Origin: Mogibacterium sp. | Lineage (GTDB): Bacteria > Bacillota > Clostridia > Peptostreptococcales > Anaerovoracaceae | Assembly: GCA_017403955.1 (NCBI GenBank) | Contig: JAFRDH010000025.1 | Span: 71,294 to 135,293, forward strand | Direction of reading: 5' to 3' | Length of the DNA stretch: 64,000 nucleotides | In this document: positions 29,076-37,544 of the stretch, one piece after another | Position numbering within the stretch: the stretch's first letter is position 1 | Layout of the letters: the number at the start of each line of letters is the position of its first letter | Notes under the pieces: generated by a model | Databases searched by the model: none | Seen by the model: only the letters and a program-made list of their open reading frames with translations | Told to the model about the DNA's origin: nothing | Program-made: the position numbers and the translations under genes

Positions 29076-30071
29076 ATGAAAGTGATCAATTTTGATTTTA
29101 AATCTTCTTTTGCAAATATACGTAAGAATGCGCGCTTCTCGATCATTATCCTGATCGTGTGCATTCTGATCGGTGTTATCTGCGGTCTGTATCAGAGCAG
29201 GCAGTATCAGGGGAATAAAGACCTCGTCTACAGAGGAGAACCCGAAGTAACACTGGCAGATATCGAAAAGAACGAGCAGTACTATTTCGATGCTTTTGAC
29301 AGGATCAAAGCAGAAATAGACTGCCTTGACATATATTTCAAATACTTCAGGAATGTCAAACTGACTAACGCCAACAGAGAATTGCTCGAAGAAGCGAAAG
29401 TGGCTTTTGATGATTTCTATGAAGATTATAAGAGCACGGAATACTATTTCTGGGAAACAGCTCTGACAGCCGGCGACAAGGATAAAACGGTTGAATTCTA
29501 CAGGCAGAAGATGACCGGACTCGAAGAGATGAAGGAGGTCGTTGACGCAAAATGCGCAGAAGATGATGAAGACAAGCTCCTGACAGACGTTGAGAGAAAA
29601 CGCCTCAACGATCAGGCTGTTTATATAGATGCCTATCATTCTAACTTTGAGACGCTCATAGCTTTGTTCGACGCTCCGGATGAGGAGATACTGAAGAACA
29701 ACGAAGAAGCGGACAGAATGCTGGCAGACAATGTCGATAAACTCAACAAAATCATAGCGATGTTCAACAGCGCTATGCAGACAATATCCGGATCCGAGAA
29801 CTATCAGATACTGATCAACAAGAATATATTCCCTAACAGCAGTATATTCACAGTTGAAGGTATCAACTTCGGCCTGCTTAGAATGACCGAAGACGAGACG
29901 TTGCTGAATAATAAGATCAACAATGCCATCATCTATGCTAAAAGCGTAGAAGGTCTGGATTCAGGACATGAAAGATTGTTCGCGATGATAACATTCTTCA
30001 CATTATTTGGTATAATTCTCTCTATAACATTTGGTGCTTTCCATACGCCAAAAGAAAGGAAAAAAGGGTAA
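29076..30071 (+). CDS. Bitopic membrane protein with polysaccharide co-polymerase (Wzz-like) topology
   Basis: The N-terminal TM (FSIIILIVCILIGVICGLY) and C-terminal TM (LFAMITFFTLFGIILSITFGAF) flank about 260 aa of helical, acidic sequence. I place the start at ATG 29076; the track start 29046 lies inside the previous gene. Confidence 0.4.
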   Translation: MKVINFDFKSSFANIRKNARFSIIILIVCILIGVICGLYQSRQYQGNKDLVYRGEPEVTLADIEKNEQYYFDAFDRIKAEIDCLDIYFKYFRNVKLTNANRELLEEAKVAFDDFYEDYKSTEYYFWETALTAGDKDKTVEFYRQKMTGLEEMKEVVDAKCAEDDEDKLLTDVERKRLNDQAVYIDAYHSNFETLIALFDAPDEEILKNNEEADRMLADNVDKLNKIIAMFNSAMQTISGSENYQILINKNIFPNSSIFTVEGINFGLLRMTEDETLLNNKINNAIIYAKSVEGLDSGHERLFAMITFFTLFGIILSITFGAFHTPKERKKG

Positions 30072-30075
30072 AACA

Positions 30076-31212
30076 ATGCAATTCAGAGATCTTAAGAAAC
30101 AGTACAATGTACTTAAGAAAGAAATGGATGAGGCGATGATCGATGTCGCTGCTTCAAGTCAATATATCAACGGTCCTTGGGTAAGAGAACTGGAGGCACA
30201 GCTCGCAGAATATGTAGGAGTCAAGCACTGCATCACATGCGCGAACGGAACAGATGCGCTTTCGATCGCTATGATGGTATGGGGCATCAGCGAAGGCGAT
30301 GCTGTCTTCGTTCCTGACTTCACATTCTTCTCATCAGGCGAAGTCGTATCCCTTGCAGGCGGAACACCTGTATTTGTAGATGTTGACAAGGACACTTTCA
30401 ATATCTCGGCTGAGTCACTCGAGAAGGCCGTAATCAAAGTCAAAGAAGAAGGCAAGCTCACACCGAAGGCAGTCGTAGCAGTAGACCTGTTCGGACTTCC
30501 TGCAGACTTCAATGCGCTGAGACCGGTAGCTGAGAAGTACGGACTCCTCGTACTTGAGGACGGAGCTCAGGGATTCGGCGGAGAAATCAACGGAAAGAAA
30601 GCCTGCAGCTTTGGCGATATTTCCACAACATCTTTCTTCCCGGCAAAACCTCTCGGATGCTATGGCGACGGCGGAGCCGTTTTCACAGACGATGATGAGG
30701 CAGCAGCACTTATCCAGTCGATCAGAGTACACGGCAAGGGAAGCAATAAATACGACAATGTCAGGATCGGTCTTAACTCAAGACTCGATACCATCCAGGC
30801 AGCTATCCTGCAGGTCAAGCTCAAAGCATTCGCTGATTACGAACTTGATGATGTGAATAAGGTAGCTGACAAATATACAAGCATTCTGAAAGAATCCCTT
30901 GGCGATGCGGTCAAACTCCCGGTCATTCCGGAAGGCTTCCTCTCATCCTGGGCTCAGTATACGATCCAGCTCAAGGACAGAGCTACCAGAGATTCTGTTC
31001 AGGCTAAGCTCAAAGACAAGGGCATCCCATCCATGGTTTATTATCAGAAGCCAATGCACAAGCAGCAGGCATTTAACTTGCCTGAGGATTATGGATTTGA
31101 CTGCTCTAATACTGATGAACTGTGCGATACCGTACTGTCACTTCCGATGCATCCTTATATGACAGACGAAGACATCAAGACAGTAGCAGACGCACTTAAG
31201 GAAGCACTGTAA
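30076..31212 (+). CDS. DegT/DnrJ/EryC1-family PLP-dependent sugar aminotransferase (WbpE-like)
   Basis: YINGPWVRELEAQLAEYVGVKHCITCANGTDAL and the PLP-Lys region STTSFFPAKPLGCYGDGGAVFT. I place the start at ATG 30076; the track start 30031 lies upstream, inside the previous gene. Confidence 0.85.
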   Translation: MQFRDLKKQYNVLKKEMDEAMIDVAASSQYINGPWVRELEAQLAEYVGVKHCITCANGTDALSIAMMVWGISEGDAVFVPDFTFFSSGEVVSLAGGTPVFVDVDKDTFNISAESLEKAVIKVKEEGKLTPKAVVAVDLFGLPADFNALRPVAEKYGLLVLEDGAQGFGGEINGKKACSFGDISTTSFFPAKPLGCYGDGGAVFTDDDEAAALIQSIRVHGKGSNKYDNVRIGLNSRLDTIQAAILQVKLKAFADYELDDVNKVADKYTSILKESLGDAVKLPVIPEGFLSSWAQYTIQLKDRATRDSVQAKLKDKGIPSMVYYQKPMHKQQAFNLPEDYGFDCSNTDELCDTVLSLPMHPYMTDEDIKTVADALKEAL

Positions 31213-31235
31213 ATCACTGAAATAGGAGAGAACTA

Positions 31236-32318
31236 ATGAAATATGCACTTATTGGCTGTGGCCGTATAGCTACCAATCACGTTAAAGCCGTACTCAACAA
31301 TGACCTCGAATTCGTTGCAGCATGCGACCTTCTTCCGGAGGCGATCGAGAACCTTCTCGCCAAGCATGGCCTCGAGAAGGACGAGTCTATCCAGAGATAT
31401 ACCGACTACAAGAAAATGCTCGAAGAGCATCCGGATGTCGATATCGTAGCGATCGCAACTGACAGCGGAGTACATGCAGAGATCGCACTCTGGTGCATCG
31501 AGCATGGATTCAACATCATCGTTGAGAAGCCTATGACAATGTCTATGGCTGACGCTGAGGAGATCATCAGACTCAGCGAAGAGAAGGGCGTAAAGGTTTC
31601 TGTATGCCACCAGAACAGATTCAATGTTGCGATCCAGGAGATGAGAGCAGCACTCGAAGCAGGAAGATTCGGACGTCTTTCCCACGGTTCGATCAATGTC
31701 CGCTGGAACCGCGGCAAGCAGTATTATGATCAGGCAACATGGAGAGGCAAATGGGCTTCGGACGGCGGCTGCCTGTTCAACCAGTGCATCCACGGCATCG
31801 ACCTGCTCCGCTGGATGATGGGCGACGAAGTAGAAGAAGTCTACGGTGTTACAAAGCAGCAGTTCCATGATTATCTCGAGTGCGAAGATATCGGAATGGC
31901 AGTCGTCAAATTCGCAAACGGAGCAGTCGGAACGATCGAAGGAACCGTAAATGTTTACCCTAAGAACCTTGAGGAAACTCTGTATCTCTTCGGCGAGACC
32001 GGTACAGTAAAGATCGGCGGAACATCCACAAACAACATCGACGTATGGGATTTCGCAGACGAGAGCGAAGAAGACAGCAAGAACAAGGGTCTTAAAGAAG
32101 CGACCAGCAATGTATACGGCAACGGACATACAAGCCTTTATGCAGACGTTATCGATGCAATAAAGAATGACAGAAAACCGTATATCGATGCAGTAGCAGG
32201 AAGAAACGCAGTTGAAATGATCCTTGCGATCTATCAGTCCGCTGCGACCGGCAAGCCGGTAAAACTCCCGCTCAAAGACGTTGCTTCAACAGACTTCGAA
32301 GGAAGATTTGACAAGTAG
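31236..32318 (+). CDS. Gfo/Idh/MocA-family oxidoreductase (WbpB-like UDP-GlcNAcA 3-dehydrogenase candidate)
   Basis: MKYALIGCGRIATNHV Rossmann motif and the EKP motif IIVEKPMTMS. It follows the DegT gene directly. Confidence 0.75.
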   Translation: MKYALIGCGRIATNHVKAVLNNDLEFVAACDLLPEAIENLLAKHGLEKDESIQRYTDYKKMLEEHPDVDIVAIATDSGVHAEIALWCIEHGFNIIVEKPMTMSMADAEEIIRLSEEKGVKVSVCHQNRFNVAIQEMRAALEAGRFGRLSHGSINVRWNRGKQYYDQATWRGKWASDGGCLFNQCIHGIDLLRWMMGDEVEEVYGVTKQQFHDYLECEDIGMAVVKFANGAVGTIEGTVNVYPKNLEETLYLFGETGTVKIGGTSTNNIDVWDFADESEEDSKNKGLKEATSNVYGNGHTSLYADVIDAIKNDRKPYIDAVAGRNAVEMILAIYQSAATGKPVKLPLKDVASTDFEGRFDK

Positions 32319-32339
32319 AAGCAAGGAGCGGTTTAGAAA

Positions 32340-33926
32340 ATGGGTGTAAAAGGAGTAATTAGAAACTTGATGAAGCATGGAGTAAGAAAGACTTACCAGA
32401 TCCATGTCGATTCAAAGAAAACTGCCAAGGCTGCACCGGTCGATGTCGATGCTATCGTTTATGACACTATCAGAACGCAGATGATTGATTCTGTCAAGGC
32501 ACAGATCGACCTCGGAGAGAAAGTGGCACCTTATTTCAATGCACTCCCAAAGGGAATGGCAGGCGCTTTTATCAGAAAATTCAACGCGGCGCAAATGACA
32601 AGCCTGATCCTGCACGGACTGAAAGAGAATGAGACCAAGCTCGCGGCGATCGATAAGGTGATCGCAGAGATGAAGGCTCAGGATCCTGAGACAGTCACAT
32701 CTGATCAGATGAAAGCCTGGGACTCCCAGATGCTTTCGCTCGAGAGCGGAAGATATCGCAAACTGATGAAGAGGATCTTCGTCAAGGAGATCTATCCGCT
32801 TCTCTATAACAGCAGAGCGGATCAGCCTGTCGAAAACAAGATCCTTTTCATGCAGCCGAGAACAGGTCTCAATCAGAGCTTCAAGTACATTTACAACAGG
32901 ATCAAAGAAGACTATCCGTATGAGCCGGTACTGTACGAGTTCCACTTCAACGAAGTGTCAAGCGCAGAGCATTATATAAACTCTCTGGACTTTGTCCGCG
33001 CCTCAGCAACAGCCAAGGCTGTTATGCTTCACGAATCCAGCGCGTACATCACTTATATCAAGTTCCGTCCGGAGACAAAAGTCATCCAGCTCTGGCACGG
33101 ATGCGGCATCATCAAGCACCTCGGACTCAGCAATGCAGATAAGCCTGGCTTCAAGAAAATGTCCACATTTGAAGAGTTCCCTGAACACAGCAATTACGAC
33201 CTCGTTACGATCGCAAGTGACGAACTGAAGTGGGTGTTTGAGGAATTCATGGGCAGGAAGAAAGGCGATCCTGTACTTCAGGCGATCGGAGTCAGCAGAA
33301 CCGACGAATTCTTCGACCCTGAATATGTCAAGAATTGTTACGACAAGCTGCATTCGATAATCCCTGCGTCCAAGGATAAGAAAGTCATCCTGTACGCACC
33401 TACATATCGCGGCAAAGGAATCGGAAGAGTAGCGCCGAGAGAACTTGACGTTGCGAAATTCGCCGAGAAGCTGTCCGATGATTATATTCTGATCATCAAG
33501 CAGCATCAGACAGCAAAGAACCTTCCGGAGATCCCTGAAGAAAACAGAGACTCTTTCGCTTATGATATGACACGCGGCAAAGGCATGGATATCAATGAGC
33601 TTATGACAGTTGCGGATATCTGCATCTCCGACTATTCTTCCGTCGTATTTGAATTCTCACTCTTCGAGAGACCGATCATATTCTTCATGTATGATCTTGA
33701 GGATTACAGCGACAGCCGCGGAATGTACTATACTTATGAGGAACTCGCGGAATGCGGCCCGATCTGCAAGACGAACGAAGAGGTCATCGACTACATAGCG
33801 CATGTCGATGAGCGCTTTGACAAAGAAAAAGTCACAGAATTCAAGAACAGATTCATGTCTGCATGTGACGGTCATGCTACCGAAAGGATCATGAACTTCA
33901 TAGAATCAGACGAGAGAACAAGATAA
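32340..33926 (+). CDS. TagB/TagF-family alditol-phosphate transferase with N-terminal helical domain
   Basis: IQLWHGCGIIKHLG, LYAPTYRGKG and ISDYSSVVFEFSLFERPIIFFMYDLEDY. It is a paralogue of the 46320 gene over its full length. Confidence 0.8.
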   Translation: MGVKGVIRNLMKHGVRKTYQIHVDSKKTAKAAPVDVDAIVYDTIRTQMIDSVKAQIDLGEKVAPYFNALPKGMAGAFIRKFNAAQMTSLILHGLKENETKLAAIDKVIAEMKAQDPETVTSDQMKAWDSQMLSLESGRYRKLMKRIFVKEIYPLLYNSRADQPVENKILFMQPRTGLNQSFKYIYNRIKEDYPYEPVLYEFHFNEVSSAEHYINSLDFVRASATAKAVMLHESSAYITYIKFRPETKVIQLWHGCGIIKHLGLSNADKPGFKKMSTFEEFPEHSNYDLVTIASDELKWVFEEFMGRKKGDPVLQAIGVSRTDEFFDPEYVKNCYDKLHSIIPASKDKKVILYAPTYRGKGIGRVAPRELDVAKFAEKLSDDYILIIKQHQTAKNLPEIPEENRDSFAYDMTRGKGMDINELMTVADICISDYSSVVFEFSLFERPIIFFMYDLEDYSDSRGMYYTYEELAECGPICKTNEEVIDYIAHVDERFDKEKVTEFKNRFMSACDGHATERIMNFIESDERTR

Positions 33927-33946
33927 CAGACAGGACAATAGTAAAA

Positions 33947-33981
33947 CCTGCCGGCACCTAAACAGTGACGGCAGGCTTTTT
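33947..33981 (+). terminator. Terminator of the + strand operon, overlapping the 3' end of the convergent gene
   Basis: CCTGCCG, a 15-nt loop, CGGCAGG, then CTTTTTG. The loop contains the stop codon of the minus-strand acyltransferase gene. Confidence 0.55.
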
Positions 33982-34995
33982 GTTTAACTTGATTTTGTGT
34001 ATGAAATACGAAAGTACCATTGATAGCAGCAGCATGATCCCGAACTGGACCGGATCGTATGCATGGAATCCGAGCGGCTTCATGAGGTTGCGCAGTGTGA
34101 CGTGTGTCAGATAAAGCTCCAGCGAATAGCTTCCGACAAACCTGAGAAAGCGCATCAGGATGTTGCTTTCGCGGAACAGATCCAGGAATGCGCAGCCTAC
34201 CGGCAGAAGCCCAAGCGCGAATATAACATCAGTATATCTGTTATATCGCGAAGGGAAATCATGTACGCAAGCGTAGAAGTTGATATAGAAGGAAACAGCA
34301 AATAACACGATCACCCCAATGTACGGGATGCTGCTTCCCTTCTTGATAAACTTCCCCATGTAGCAGCCGATGATGAAAATACAGAACCTGGTGATCGCGA
34401 TCTGTGTGTTCCTGTAAAACGGCCGCGCTGCAACGTACAGGTGTTGCGGTATCATGTATGACAGTACCAGCAGCAGGATAAACCAGATGAAACTGTATTT
34501 ACTGTCTGCCAGCAGCCTGTGAAATAGCGGATACAACAGGTACAGAACACAGATCAGGCCTATAAACCACAGGGTATGTACACCATCGGTAAAGAATGTG
34601 ACGAAAAAGAAGTCTTTGATGACTCTGTCAAATCCGAGACCGCCCAGGTACATACGCTTGATCATCCAGAACGGAAGACCGACAATGGCATAAGGGATCA
34701 GGATCCTGGTAAAACGCTTCCTGTAAAAATTCAGGATATCCGGATTCCGGGAGTACGAATAGTACAACCCCATGCCGGAAAGAAACAGGAATAGCTCAAC
34801 ACCGATACTGCCGATGTATTTCTTGAAATAGTAGCAGAAACGGACGAACCATCCGAACCCTGTCGTATCGATAAGTCCCTTATCTACTCCCGGAAGAAAG
34901 TCGCAGCTGAAGTGAAAAAATATGATAGCGATGATCGATAAGCCAAACAGCTCATCACGGTATTTGCTGATCAGCGATAGTTGAAACTTTTTCAT
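33958..34995 (-). CDS. Acyltransferase family 3 membrane protein (polysaccharide O-acyltransferase candidate)
   Basis: 345 aa with about 10 hydrophobic helices. The N-terminal region YRDELFGLSIIAIIFFHF resembles the Acyl_transf_3 start. Confidence 0.65.
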   Translation of the reverse strand: MKKFQLSLISKYRDELFGLSIIAIIFFHFSCDFLPGVDKGLIDTTGFGWFVRFCYYFKKYIGSIGVELFLFLSGMGLYYSYSRNPDILNFYRKRFTRILIPYAIVGLPFWMIKRMYLGGLGFDRVIKDFFFVTFFTDGVHTLWFIGLICVLYLLYPLFHRLLADSKYSFIWFILLLVLSYMIPQHLYVAARPFYRNTQIAITRFCIFIIGCYMGKFIKKGSSIPYIGVIVLFAVSFYINFYACVHDFPSRYNRYTDVIFALGLLPVGCAFLDLFRESNILMRFLRFVGSYSLELYLTHVTLRNLMKPLGFHAYDPVQFGIMLLLSMVLSYFIHKIKLNKKPAVTV

Positions 34996-35009
34996 ATTGT
35001 GATCCCGGA

Positions 35010-35657
35010 TCAGAACTTTGCATACTGATCTACTGCATCATCCATATCGTAGTAGATCCTGTCATCTGCGATCAGTCTTCCGATGCCATTTTTCCCCTCA
35101 ATGATATTGACTGCACAGTTGTACGGCACATGTCCGTGCCAGTAATCTGACTGGTCTTCATACAGGAAATTGAGCATTCCGCGAAGTGCAAAACCGTGAG
35201 TCGTGATCAGATATGTTTTATCATCATCACGCGCGAGCAGTTCTTTCAGGAATTCCTGCGTCCTGTCACATACTTCCCTGATCGATTCTCCGCCCGGACG
35301 TTTCTCAAAATTGAATGGGTCAGTGAAGAATATTCTGATTTGTTCTTCATCGACTTCACGTTCACCCGGACGGAATTTCTTGCGTTCCCAGTCCCCAAGG
35401 TTGATCTCCATAAGCCTTTCATCGATAGAGATCGGGACGTTCTCGTTGCCGCTTTCACGGAGGAGGATCTCGGCTGTTTCCTTTGCCCTTATGAGAGGAC
35501 TCGAGATACATTCATCAAAGGTCACGCCCTTAAGGCCCTGTCCTGTGATCACAGCGAGAGCTCTTCCGTTTTCGTTGATTGGATCATTACTTTGCCCCTG
35601 CATATAACCCAGAGAGTTAGCAGGGGTCTCCCCATGACGTACTATATAAATGAGCAT
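35010..35657 (-). CDS. Histidine phosphatase family protein (phosphoglycerate-mutase-like)
   Basis: The IYIVRHGETPANS (RHG) motif and a second His in ITTHGFALRG. Confidence 0.8.
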   Translation of the reverse strand: MLIYIVRHGETPANSLGYMQGQSNDPINENGRALAVITGQGLKGVTFDECISSPLIRAKETAEILLRESGNENVPISIDERLMEINLGDWERKKFRPGEREVDEEQIRIFFTDPFNFEKRPGGESIREVCDRTQEFLKELLARDDDKTYLITTHGFALRGMLNFLYEDQSDYWHGHVPYNCAVNIIEGKNGIGRLIADDRIYYDMDDAVDQYAKF

Positions 35658-35664
35658 TTATAAC

Positions 35665-37518
35665 TTATTCCTTCCAGCCCTCAGGTGCTGCCTTAGGGTC
35701 TTCGATTGGTCCGTAGAGCTTTTCGTATCTAGGCATACACCACTGAGCGAGCTTCTTGGACTGTTTGAAGAAGAAGACCATCCAGTCACGGCTGCTCTCG
35801 TTGATGCTTTCTTTGTAGAGAGCCCAGCCTACGTAATACCAGTTGTGGATCGCTGAATATGCCATCCAGTGCAGATGCTCGATCTCTGTAGCAGGACGGT
35901 CAAAATATGCTTCGAGGATGTCGAGGATCTTCGGCTCGTCTGCCTCATACTCAAGACCTGCGATAACTCTTCCGAAGTCATATCCAGGGTCGTTGTATCC
36001 TGCGAACTCATAGTCGATGATATCGAGAGTGTCTTCTGTGAGAAGAACGTTATCGATGTTGATATCGTTATGGCAGAATGTGTGCTTGAAGCCGTCCATG
36101 TCTGCGTATTTCTGGAGCTTGCGCATCATGACCCATTCTTTCTCGAAAATCTTGAAGAGGTCCCCCTTCATTTTGGAAGCTTCCTTGAAGAGACGCTCTG
36201 TCTGCCAGATCGGATCGTAGTTATATTCTTCCCAGCCTTCCATATCGTAGCCGACATCGTGGAATGCGCGGATCTTGCGGGCGACTCTCTTCATGAGCTC
36301 TACATCTTCATAATAGATTCCGTGGAGGTCTATGCAGTTCTCGCGGAACTTGGAGATCTTAGCGCCCTGCTCATCGATGTAGATGTATGTATCATCAGCG
36401 TGAGCCTTAGCGGCAAGCTTGTTAGCTACGCACTCGTTCTTTCTGTAAATGAAGAACTGTGTGCTGTCTCCAGGGTAACGGAAGATATAACGCTCGCCTC
36501 TTACAACGAATGTGAACAGAATGTTGGACAGGCCCTTCTGCAGCACGTTGATATCGCTGATCTCGTCTTCGGTACAATCAAGAACGGTGCAGATCTTCTC
36601 GTTGATCCATCCGGAAACATTTCCGAGGAAGAGGCCGTCGATGTTCTGGATCTCCTGGATGGAGTCGAACTCGAAGACGAAGTCTGATGAATATTCACGG
36701 GCATACATATCGAGGTCATCTGCATGACGTGAGATGAACTCTTCCCAGAAGAGGGATGAAATACGGAAGTCGTCGATTTCTTCTTCCATATATTTGAGAA
36801 GTCTTCTGCTGACTTCAGGGTCAAGATAAGCATGTCCGTAGATGCACTCGCCACTCTTAGCGCAGCTGTAAACATTGAGGATCCTGCCGGACTGATTCTT
36901 CCTTACGACCAGCTCATTGTGAGCGTCCTCTTTGTAAACTGTTGCGTGGAATGAATTGTATTCATACTGAGAGAACGGATTCTCTTCGAAGTAGTTATCG
37001 CAGTTAAGAATATATGTAGAACCCAGGAAGTTCTTTGCGATATAAAGTGAGTAAATGTTGTTCTTCTTGAGGTCAGGATTGATCTCGATGTTTACTCCCC
37101 ACTTATCTACCAGGAAGAAATAAAGCTCCTGCTTGTATCCGATAACAACTGTGATGTCGTTGATGCCTGCTTCTTTGAGCTGACGGATCTGTCTTTCGAT
37201 CAGAGTCTCGCCGTTCTTCATGAACAGTCCCTTAGGCATGTTGTAAACGGATTTTGCGGAAATGTCTGAACCGCCGGCTGCAAGGATAACGGCGTTGTTG
37301 ACCTTAAGAGCCTCGATTTCCTTAAGACCGAGCTCGGTAACAGCAGAATCAGTGATATAGCCCTTCGACTTAAGTGAGTCGAACAGACGCTTTACTTCAT
37401 CTACATCCTTGAATGCATAATAGTGTACATGATCATACACATATTCCGGCGCATTTTCTGCAACGCTGCCTGCCTTGAGTAATGTGTTGATAACTTCGAA
37501 TTCTTTGTAGGTTATCAT
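35665..37518 (-). CDS. Fused cytidylyltransferase + choline/aminoalcohol kinase (LicC-LicA-type) with N-terminal ~70-aa extra domain
   Basis: Nucleotidyltransferase loop: AVILAAGGSDISAKSVYNMPKGL..GETLIERQI. Kinase motifs: FCHNDINIDNVLL and IDYEFAGYNDPGYDFG. Confidence 0.8.
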   Translation of the reverse strand: MITYKEFEVINTLLKAGSVAENAPEYVYDHVHYYAFKDVDEVKRLFDSLKSKGYITDSAVTELGLKEIEALKVNNAVILAAGGSDISAKSVYNMPKGLFMKNGETLIERQIRQLKEAGINDITVVIGYKQELYFFLVDKWGVNIEINPDLKKNNIYSLYIAKNFLGSTYILNCDNYFEENPFSQYEYNSFHATVYKEDAHNELVVRKNQSGRILNVYSCAKSGECIYGHAYLDPEVSRRLLKYMEEEIDDFRISSLFWEEFISRHADDLDMYAREYSSDFVFEFDSIQEIQNIDGLFLGNVSGWINEKICTVLDCTEDEISDINVLQKGLSNILFTFVVRGERYIFRYPGDSTQFFIYRKNECVANKLAAKAHADDTYIYIDEQGAKISKFRENCIDLHGIYYEDVELMKRVARKIRAFHDVGYDMEGWEEYNYDPIWQTERLFKEASKMKGDLFKIFEKEWVMMRKLQKYADMDGFKHTFCHNDINIDNVLLTEDTLDIIDYEFAGYNDPGYDFGRVIAGLEYEADEPKILDILEAYFDRPATEIEHLHWMAYSAIHNWYYVGWALYKESINESSRDWMVFFFKQSKKLAQWCMPRYEKLYGPIEDPKAAPEGWKE

Positions 37519-37544
37519 TTAATATCTCCCTTCTGATTATAATA

